Origin: an uncultured Methanosarcinales archaeon
GTDB lineage: Archaea; Nanobdellota; Nanobdellia; Woesearchaeales; JANQNQ01
Reading direction: 5' to 3'
Length of the DNA: 64,000 nt
Assembly (NCBI GenBank): GCA_964550525.1
Contig: CAZJZJ010000001.1
Location: forward strand, 36,860 to 100,859
The notes beneath the pieces are model-generated. The model worked only from the letters and a program-made list of their open reading frames with translations, made no database searches and had not been told where the DNA came from. A program made the translations under genes and the position numbers. Positions 54,115 to 62,490 of this stretch are shown piece by piece; the first letter of the stretch is position 1, and every line of letters starts with the position of its first letter.

Positions 54115-57100
54115 ATGCCTAAAAAGAGGTTTTTGTTACTTGGAATAATAATGTTGGTTCTTCTTTCTATTTCTGTGTATGTAGTTGGTGAAGGTTGTTG
54201 CGCTAGCCCTGAAGAAGGATGTGTTATGGTTGTAAGCTCTAATGATTGTTCTGGAACCTATAACGATGGGAAAGCCTGTTTTGATGTTGATGTTTGTGAT
54301 GAGGGCTGTTGTGCGTATATGCTTAATGGAGAAAAAGAAGGATACCCAGCTATGGAGAAAATTAGTTGTGAACAAGAGTACAGTGGAACATTCTATCCAA
54401 TAAGTGAGTTTGATCCTGGCGATATAGTATTTGGAGCTATCACTAGTGATGCTTGTAAAGCTAAAGCAGGTGTAGCCCCTGATACAGCAACTGCTTGTAC
54501 AAAGACTGGATGTAATGACGCAGAACCTGGTTGTTGGTGTGGCAACCGTAAAACAGAAGATGATTTTGCTTATTGTTGTGCTAATAATACACTTGGTTTT
54601 ACTACAACCTTTAAGACAAAAGAAGAATGCCAAGCTGCATGTAATCTTGTTTCAACAGTTTACTCTGTCTCAGGCAAGGTAAAAAGGAAAAGCGATGGGA
54701 CAGTTCTACGTAATGCTCTTGTTACAGATGGCACAAAGCTGGTTAAAACTGATGCAAGCGGAAATTATAAAATATACGGATTGTCTGCAGGAACACCTAG
54801 TCTCAAGGCTTCTAAAGAGACATTTGCAGATGTTACTCAAAGTGTTACAATCTCTAATACTGATCTTGAAAATATAGATTTTGAACTAGTACCTCAAAGA
54901 TGTGACGCTGAAAAACCTAGAGCAGAATCTGATTGCGACTGTAGTGGTAATGGTGTATTTGACACATTAGTTGGTTGGTATTGTTGCCAGTATCCAGATG
55001 GAAGGAGTGTTGTTTCTCAGACTAAGCCTTGCGAGAATTGCACTAATCGTATTGATGATGATGAAGATGGGAACATTGATTGTGACGATCCAAAATGCAC
55101 AAAACCAGTTTCGTCAGTACAATGTAAAGAGTATGTATGTAAAGCTGAAAAACCTTGGGAACTGGAAACAGTTGGTGATGGTTGTTTACAGGATACAGAT
55201 TGCACAGGTAACAAGGTTTGCCAAAGTTGTAATTGTGTAGATCCAGGCGAAGAACCACCTACAGGAACAGTTGAGATTTGTACAGATGGGACAGAAGATG
55301 AGGATGGTGATGGGAAGGTTGATTGTCTAGATCCTGATTGTTTTGGTAAAGCCTGTAAGCTTCTTACTGATGGTTGCTGTGGTTATTCAGATCAAACAGG
55401 GGAACAAGCATTAGGTATATGTTGTCCAGATAACCAATACTGTAGTATTGATAAAACTGGGACAGGTGGTAATCCTGATGGTAATCCTGATACATGTTGC
55501 CAGTATGCTCCAGACCAGGTCCAGGATTGTGATGATCCTCAGGACGGGTTCAAAGAAACCTGTGCTCTATCTTGTAATGAATGTGAATACCGTTCTTGTA
55601 AAGTGGATAACTCTGAACATTTTGGTGAAGGTGTAGATTCATGCTTATGTACACCTGGGTATTCTGCAACAAAAGAAAACCCGTTTTGTTGTAGGATACA
55701 AAGTGGACAATCTGCTTTTGAGAATAGTTCTGAATGTTATCTGCAGACTTTATGTGATCCTGATTGTCGTTGGGATAATGTACGCAGTATTGAATATTTC
55801 TTAGATGAGATGAATTATGATAAATGTGTTTGTCAAGGTTCAACAAGAACTCAGGGGTTTTGTTGTAAGAATGGTTTGCATTCTAATACAGCAGATGGGT
55901 GTGCAGTTGAAGAAGGTAAGTATACCATCTCAGGTAAAGTGACAAAGCAAGGAACAAACAGCCCTGTTTATGGTGCTGTAGTCACACTAACGAGTAAAGG
56001 TAGATCTTATCAATCTTTACCTACATCAACGAGCGGCACATATGCAATTTCAGCTGTAGAGCCAGGAAAATACTCTGTTTCTGTTGCAGCTTGGTGTTAT
56101 GAAGAAAAAAATCTAGAAACAAATATCTACAGGAACGAGGAAATTAATTTTGAGATTAAACAAATGCAAAACTTCCCTGTAACCGGGTTTGTTACAGATA
56201 AAGAAACAGGTGATGCAATCAAAGATGCAACAGTAACTTTTGGAGATAGCTTTTCTATAAAAACAAATAATCAAGGTAAGTTTACTAAATCTGCGGTCTG
56301 TGAAGGTGAGTACCAAGTTAAAGCCTCTGCAGAAGGATACGGTACTAATAGAACTAATGTGCGTGTAACTCAAAGAACCACAGTAACTTTTGAACTTTCA
56401 AAGGTACAATGTTATTATCCAGACCTCAGACCTTCACCAACATTGCTTGATGTAGCTCATGCAAGAGCTGAAAAACTTACTATCACCTGGGAAAACGATT
56501 GTGAACCAGAGGATTTCACCATCTACAGATGTGAAGGTGAAGATTGTAACAGTGATTACGATCCAGTCTCTGGTAAACTAAGCCCAGATACTACAGAATT
56601 CGAAGATACAACTGTCAAACCAAACACGCATTACTGTTATGTTGTTAGTGCGTTTTATTTACAAGACGAGGATCTGTTTGGTTCTGGTATTCATAATTCT
56701 CAGAAGAAATGTATGGCAACAGGTGATGAGCTTTGCATGAAAACAGATACAGAACAATTCTGTGTTACAGGAGATAATGATGTAAGTTGGGTTTCAAGCT
56801 GTAACGCAGATAATGAGGTTGAGAAGGAGATAAATTGTCGAGAAGATGAACCTTATGGTGAGGATTTTGTATGCATGGGGCCTGATGATTTTGGTGATGC
56901 ACATTGTAGATATAAAAGTAAATGCGTACAGTGCGGTACACCTTTTAGTATGTTTTCAACAAAGTCATTTGGTTCAGTCCCTTATGGTAAACGAGATATA
57001 CCACAAGTGTGCCAACAGATACCTTATTGTTATTATGATTACTCTGATACTACTGCTGATCAATTCTATGAATGCCAAGGTATAGAATCCTGTTATGATT

Positions 57101-60100
57101 ACAGATCGCAGAAAGCTTGCGAAGAAGATGATACTGCCGAGACTATACAGAACAACAAATGTTTGAACAGGAATTGTACCTGGAATCCAGATCCAAGGTA
57201 TGGTGCACTCGGTGTAGGTATTTGCGCAGAAAAGGATGAAGAATTTCAGAACTGTAGTCTTTGTGACAATGAAGATGGATCAAATATGTTCAGGAAATGT
57301 GATAGGACAACCTGTGATTTGTACGGTGATTGCTATTATGATGCTAGTGAACCAACTTGCAGAAACAAACGCGATATGGCATGTATTTATTATGCTACTA
57401 AAAATGATTGTATAGGTGACCAAGAGGTTGTTATAAACGTCCTGGTTGATGGTGATCAACCAAGCCTTGAATACAGTGAACCGCAAAATTCTGTTCACAA
57501 AGAAAGCCATGACTTAAAGCACCTAGGCAAGTGTAAGTGGCAGGTAGCAGATATTTCAGCTGGAGGTTATTGTTATAAGGATGCTGACAATAATTCAGAG
57601 GAGGATTGTGAGGAAATTGGAAAAGGCATCATTAATACAATCTGTGAAAAAGATAATGAACCACCAGTAACTTCAATCCTACCAAAAATTCCTGTTTTAA
57701 AGGATGCAGTGTTCAATGTAACTGTAGAAGACAATAATCCAGATGCAGAAATAGAAACATATTTCTGTAATGTCTCTGGTAGTTGTGATAATGTATGTTA
57801 CCCAGATATCTTGGCAACTGAAAATCAAATCTACAAAGAACTCCAGGATGGTCAACAATGTATCTACTATTATTCTAAGGATGATGCAAATAATCTAGAG
57901 GTTGCACAGAATATTGGTTTTAAACTAGACAGTACACCTCCAAATATCACTTACGAGGATTCTCATAGAATCTATAAGATAGTTAAACAAGATGGAGAAG
58001 ATGAGTATTTGACAGACTTAACAGTTGCGATAAATATCTTAGATGAAGAAGAGGATGTTTCTTGTGATTTTGTACTTAAAAACACCAATGATGAACCTAC
58101 AGATACACCTGCTTACGAAGAATTTAAGTCGGTTGGTTTTGAGTTCTCTTTTACTAAAGAAAGGTTAGCAGACGGTTTTTATGACCTTTTAATAACATGT
58201 ACAGACCACCTGGGCAATGTTGCAGAAGAACAAGGCTTAATAAGAACAAGTTCAGATAATAGGCTCTTTGATCCGCTTCCTTCAGATACACGCAGTGAAA
58301 ATACAGGTATACTTTTATCAGTACATACCCAAAACTCAGCAGAATGTAGATGGGATACAGAAGATAAAGAATTCTCAGAGATGGAGTTAGCCAGCGAGGT
58401 ATTTGATATGGAGGGAAAAGCAGATACTGATTATCTACATACCTATACTCTTGATTTACCAGATGAGATTGCAAAGACCATTATTCTTTTTGTTAAGTGT
58501 AAATTCACAGAAACAGGAGAGATTGTAGGTAATGATGGAGATATCATCAGATTTACAATAGATATGCAAGAGCCTGAGTCTTTCTTATTGAAACGAAAAA
58601 TTGATGAAGAGGATTATGATACAGAGCAATGGTTGAAACCAACAAACCAGGTTCCGTTTAAGATAAGGTGTAGAGATAAAAAAATACTGGATCCTCCTGG
58701 AGAGTTTAAATGTAATGCAAATAGTGTTCATTATTGCGAAGGTTATGGTTGTACCCCTTTGCCTAAACAAGGCACAGTAACAGGGAAGATAACAGACTAC
58801 ACTCCATCTAAAACAGAGAACCTGCCAATCTATGCATGTTATTATTCCAAGGATGCAGGAGGTAACCCTGAACAACCCACTTCAACCTGTTTCTTGCAAA
58901 GGCTTGATGGTGCCAGCCCTCTTGTAGAAAACCTAGAAGTGGATGTAGTGGGCGACCTTTCTATTAAACAAACTATAGGAGCAATTGAATATGATGTACC
59001 TATAACAAATCAAAATTCAGTAGATGTTAGCGGAGAAGTAGAGAACGTGGTTATCTATGATACTAAAGATGGAGAACTTGCTCCAGGTAAACTATATGAT
59101 CTAAGCCTTTCTAATTATAAGGTTAAACTTGCTTTTGAGATTGAATATGCAGGTACAGTTAATAGACATTACGAATTAGTGCGTTTTGGTTACCATGGGA
59201 AGAATGGTGAGTATTATAAACTTATTCTAGATAGATCAGGAGAACCTAAATTACGTCTTAGGAGCTCTGATCCAGATGCAGTTGGTTGGGAAGAAGTGGC
59301 ATTATTCACTTTTGGTCCTGGCAGTTACGTGTTAACAATTGCACAGCAAGGTAAGGCTATAGGGTTTGATCTTGATAGCGAAACTAGTAGCGGGTCAGTT
59401 AACTTTGTAAATTTCAAGCAAGCACAATCCCACAGTAAAATAGGTATACCTCCTACAGACAGCCCAGAACATGGAACAGGTTTGAGTGTAACCTATGATA
59501 CCATTAAAATCATTGCTGATGATCTTTCTTCACCAATTACAACAACAGTATTAAAACTTAATGGTGAAAATATCCCTGCAGATATTACCTTAACTAACAA
59601 TCAATTTACTCACCAAGGGCTTACATTAGAGCAAGAAGGCCGCAACATAGTTTCCTTAGAGGTAGTTGATGAAGCAGGCAACTCACATTTGGAATCAACC
59701 TATGTTATACGAGATACAACAGGGCCAGTGTTTAGTAGGAAGGAACTTGTACAGGATGAATGTAGTGTAAAAAGAGCTTATCTTAAAGATGGTGATGACC
59801 TTGGTGGAGATCATATAAAACTCGAATACAGTTGCCCTGCTAAACTTACAGTAGAAGCTGAAGACACAGAATGGACAAATGAAGTCAAGAAGATTCAAGT
59901 TAATCTTGAATGTTTAGAAAACTGTTCTGCTGACATTAACCTAGGAGATATGACTAAAGCTGAAGGCTCTTTTAGTGTAGATGTTGATAACATTGATGCA
60001 GGAAGATACAAAGCAGTAATACATGCTTTCGACGCTTTAGATAATCTAGGTGAAACAAACTTTACTTTTGTAGCAGTGGATTCAATTGAACCAGCGTTTA

Positions 60101-62487
60101 ACATATCTATAGTCTATCCAGAAGGTTATCCTTATGAAGGTGTTCTTGTGCACAAGTATAATGGGCAGACACCTATGGAATACGAAGTTATTATTGAATC
60201 CAATGAAAAGTTAAGTGAAACTCTTCCTAAACTAACTTATTCCTGGGGAACATCTATGGACGAGGTAACCGGGTTAGTAAAAGAAGATGATAACACTTAC
60301 ACGGGTAAGATAACTATCGGCCGTAAAGGGCTACTTTATTTTGAGATTGATAATAAACCAGCAGAATTTAGTATTGAATGCTTTGATAAGCAAGGAACTA
60401 AAGGTACAAGGATTGATGAAGGTAAGGACTTTATCATCGATACTAAAGGCCCAGAAGCCCCTGTTAAGGATTATCCAACAGATACAATCATATTTACACA
60501 GAACCCTGTTTTGATAGCAGGCCATGAGATAGTAAAGATGCCTAATTACAAGATCTATATCTATGCTAATGACGAAGTTGTTGATTCTAATGATCTGCAG
60601 CGCTTTGATTCTTGGTCTTATGATGATCATTATGAACTCAAAAGCGGAAATGTGTCAGGGATACATAATGACAAAACTTTTGTAGCTCGTGATTATACTG
60701 CTAATGAAGGAGATAAACAAGAAATTATCTTTAAGCCACAAGTTAGTTCGTTTGGCCAGGGTTTGTTTAAGCATATTGAATTTGAGAATCATCCTTCTCC
60801 AGATGTTCTGTATTATAATATCACAAGTGACCTTGTGCAGGATCCGACCCACGAAGAAACAAAACTAGAAATAACTCCTGCATTAAAAACAGATATCCCA
60901 GCTGGAACCAAGGTTTTCTTGCATAATACCACAAAACCTCAGGGATATTTCCACCAGCAGATAGATCCGCCTGGTCCAGAAAAAACAATGCACCTCTATT
61001 TCCAGGCAGAGGACGAACATGGTTTAAAAGGTGATGTTTCTGAAAACCTTCTGACAATTGTGTTTGACCAGGTTCCACCATTTGTTGAAGAATTTGTACC
61101 TGCAGATGGTTCAGTAAGCAGTGATGATGTGGAAAAAGTGACAGCCAAAATCAAGGATGCTTATTCTGGTATTGATACAGGTACTGTAATACTTTCAATC
61201 AATGATACTGCATACAAATGCGGAGCTGGGATTACTTGTAAATATGTTGGTACAAGTAACAGAATAGTTACTTTGGAGCTAACTAAGGATCATGATCGGG
61301 GCGACTATAACTGTTCATTAGAATTTCATGATAAAGCTGGCAATTACTTCAAACACACATCATCGTTTGAGGTTTCCGATGAGGTACCTGCACACCCCAC
61401 AATTACTCTATCAGGTGGTGTAGAAGCCTATAACACTGGAAAAGGTGAACCATATTATCTTTATACTTCAACAAAAACACCAACCATTACACTTAATTTT
61501 GAACGTGGTGAGTTGGATAAAAAGATTCAAGTAGTCAAAGCCGAGATAGTGGATAGCTCTAATATTAAACAGCCTGCTTTAACTATAGAAAGGAAAGGTG
61601 ATAGGGAGTTTGAGTTAAGCAACATAGACCTAGATGAAGGTGTTTATACTCTACATCTAGAAGCTAAAAAAGAAAAAGCAGACGGGGTTTACTGGGACAA
61701 ACTTGGTATACTGACTGCTACCATTTTTATCGATACAACCACTCCTGAAATAACTCCAGACGCAATTATCACAAGCGAAATAGAAGATATAAAAATAACT
61801 GGATCATATGTTGAAGCAAATCTAGAGGGGATAAATCTAAGCTCTCCTACTACAGGCGAGGGGCTTCTTGGTGATGGAACAGTACCTTGGGTTCCTATAG
61901 AGAATACAGGTAAGTTTGAGATAATAACAGATTTTGCAGGATCTGATTCACATGGCACAAGAACCCTGGAATATACTATATTTGATAAAGCAGGCCATAC
62001 TAAATCTACAACTGTAACAGCAACAGTAGATAAGAAAGGGCCTGGTTTAACTATAGCTGATGTTACTGCAGATTATCCCGAGGGCAGTGTTAAGAAGATA
62101 TCTGAATTGAAATATACAACTGGCGGTAACGTTACTATTAGAGCAAATTATTCAGATGAAACAAATGCAAAAAGTGTAGATATCTTAGATACAGATACAA
62201 CCTTGGAACTTGGAGATAAAAAAGGTGAATTTAGTATTGGCATTAAAGTTACAGCAAACAAGAATGTTACTTTTGTAATTAAAGATTCAGCAGATAACTC
62301 TATAAATCACACAGTTGAACTTATTTTTGATACAATTGGTCCAGAAATAATTGGGGAAGATGTTACAATATCTGGTGGCGGTGGTTCAGCAGTATTATCA
62401 AATGAAGAATCAAGAATGTTATCTACAGCAAGGATTATAGGAAATGAAGATATTCAGAGCAAACTTCAAGATGCTTTAAATAGATAA
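54115..62487 (+). CDS. Giant Cys-rich surface protein 3 (2790 aa), with multiple beta-sandwich domains (carboxypeptidase-regulatory-like x3, FN3-like, LamG/ConA-like, Ig-like) and MopE-like motifs
   Basis: It has a signal sequence or anchor LLLGIIMLVLLSISVYVVG and a dense run of CC dicysteine motifs (GCCASP, GCCAY, YCCANN, YCCQYPDG, GCCGYSD, ICCPDNQYC, TCCQY, FCCRIQ, FCCKNG). Three repeats follow of the type SGKVxxxxDGTxLxxAxVT...GxYxIxxLxxGxYxL. MopE-like blocks CENCTNRIDDDEDGNIDCDDPKC and CTDGTEDEDGDGKVDCLDPDC lie at ~55027-55341. Confidence 0.7.
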   Translation: MPKKRFLLLGIIMLVLLSISVYVVGEGCCASPEEGCVMVVSSNDCSGTYNDGKACFDVDVCDEGCCAYMLNGEKEGYPAMEKISCEQEYSGTFYPISEFDPGDIVFGAITSDACKAKAGVAPDTATACTKTGCNDAEPGCWCGNRKTEDDFAYCCANNTLGFTTTFKTKEECQAACNLVSTVYSVSGKVKRKSDGTVLRNALVTDGTKLVKTDASGNYKIYGLSAGTPSLKASKETFADVTQSVTISNTDLENIDFELVPQRCDAEKPRAESDCDCSGNGVFDTLVGWYCCQYPDGRSVVSQTKPCENCTNRIDDDEDGNIDCDDPKCTKPVSSVQCKEYVCKAEKPWELETVGDGCLQDTDCTGNKVCQSCNCVDPGEEPPTGTVEICTDGTEDEDGDGKVDCLDPDCFGKACKLLTDGCCGYSDQTGEQALGICCPDNQYCSIDKTGTGGNPDGNPDTCCQYAPDQVQDCDDPQDGFKETCALSCNECEYRSCKVDNSEHFGEGVDSCLCTPGYSATKENPFCCRIQSGQSAFENSSECYLQTLCDPDCRWDNVRSIEYFLDEMNYDKCVCQGSTRTQGFCCKNGLHSNTADGCAVEEGKYTISGKVTKQGTNSPVYGAVVTLTSKGRSYQSLPTSTSGTYAISAVEPGKYSVSVAAWCYEEKNLETNIYRNEEINFEIKQMQNFPVTGFVTDKETGDAIKDATVTFGDSFSIKTNNQGKFTKSAVCEGEYQVKASAEGYGTNRTNVRVTQRTTVTFELSKVQCYYPDLRPSPTLLDVAHARAEKLTITWENDCEPEDFTIYRCEGEDCNSDYDPVSGKLSPDTTEFEDTTVKPNTHYCYVVSAFYLQDEDLFGSGIHNSQKKCMATGDELCMKTDTEQFCVTGDNDVSWVSSCNADNEVEKEINCREDEPYGEDFVCMGPDDFGDAHCRYKSKCVQCGTPFSMFSTKSFGSVPYGKRDIPQVCQQIPYCYYDYSDTTADQFYECQGIESCYDYRSQKACEEDDTAETIQNNKCLNRNCTWNPDPRYGALGVGICAEKDEEFQNCSLCDNEDGSNMFRKCDRTTCDLYGDCYYDASEPTCRNKRDMACIYYATKNDCIGDQEVVINVLVDGDQPSLEYSEPQNSVHKESHDLKHLGKCKWQVADISAGGYCYKDADNNSEEDCEEIGKGIINTICEKDNEPPVTSILPKIPVLKDAVFNVTVEDNNPDAEIETYFCNVSGSCDNVCYPDILATENQIYKELQDGQQCIYYYSKDDANNLEVAQNIGFKLDSTPPNITYEDSHRIYKIVKQDGEDEYLTDLTVAINILDEEEDVSCDFVLKNTNDEPTDTPAYEEFKSVGFEFSFTKERLADGFYDLLITCTDHLGNVAEEQGLIRTSSDNRLFDPLPSDTRSENTGILLSVHTQNSAECRWDTEDKEFSEMELASEVFDMEGKADTDYLHTYTLDLPDEIAKTIILFVKCKFTETGEIVGNDGDIIRFTIDMQEPESFLLKRKIDEEDYDTEQWLKPTNQVPFKIRCRDKKILDPPGEFKCNANSVHYCEGYGCTPLPKQGTVTGKITDYTPSKTENLPIYACYYSKDAGGNPEQPTSTCFLQRLDGASPLVENLEVDVVGDLSIKQTIGAIEYDVPITNQNSVDVSGEVENVVIYDTKDGELAPGKLYDLSLSNYKVKLAFEIEYAGTVNRHYELVRFGYHGKNGEYYKLILDRSGEPKLRLRSSDPDAVGWEEVALFTFGPGSYVLTIAQQGKAIGFDLDSETSSGSVNFVNFKQAQSHSKIGIPPTDSPEHGTGLSVTYDTIKIIADDLSSPITTTVLKLNGENIPADITLTNNQFTHQGLTLEQEGRNIVSLEVVDEAGNSHLESTYVIRDTTGPVFSRKELVQDECSVKRAYLKDGDDLGGDHIKLEYSCPAKLTVEAEDTEWTNEVKKIQVNLECLENCSADINLGDMTKAEGSFSVDVDNIDAGRYKAVIHAFDALDNLGETNFTFVAVDSIEPAFNISIVYPEGYPYEGVLVHKYNGQTPMEYEVIIESNEKLSETLPKLTYSWGTSMDEVTGLVKEDDNTYTGKITIGRKGLLYFEIDNKPAEFSIECFDKQGTKGTRIDEGKDFIIDTKGPEAPVKDYPTDTIIFTQNPVLIAGHEIVKMPNYKIYIYANDEVVDSNDLQRFDSWSYDDHYELKSGNVSGIHNDKTFVARDYTANEGDKQEIIFKPQVSSFGQGLFKHIEFENHPSPDVLYYNITSDLVQDPTHEETKLEITPALKTDIPAGTKVFLHNTTKPQGYFHQQIDPPGPEKTMHLYFQAEDEHGLKGDVSENLLTIVFDQVPPFVEEFVPADGSVSSDDVEKVTAKIKDAYSGIDTGTVILSINDTAYKCGAGITCKYVGTSNRIVTLELTKDHDRGDYNCSLEFHDKAGNYFKHTSSFEVSDEVPAHPTITLSGGVEAYNTGKGEPYYLYTSTKTPTITLNFERGELDKKIQVVKAEIVDSSNIKQPALTIERKGDREFELSNIDLDEGVYTLHLEAKKEKADGVYWDKLGILTATIFIDTTTPEITPDAIITSEIEDIKITGSYVEANLEGINLSSPTTGEGLLGDGTVPWVPIENTGKFEIITDFAGSDSHGTRTLEYTIFDKAGHTKSTTVTATVDKKGPGLTIADVTADYPEGSVKKISELKYTTGGNVTIRANYSDETNAKSVDILDTDTTLELGDKKGEFSIGIKVTANKNVTFVIKDSADNSINHTVELIFDTIGPEIIGEDVTISGGGGSAVLSNEESRMLSTARIIGNEDIQSKLQDALNR

Positions 62488-62490
62488 AAA

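Noticed and set aside
44740-61958. Numerous 60-165-aa ORFs on the minus strand or in alternative frames inside the giant genes
   Set aside because: They all lie within long uninterrupted plus-strand reading frames with signal peptides and recognisable domains, so they are shadows.
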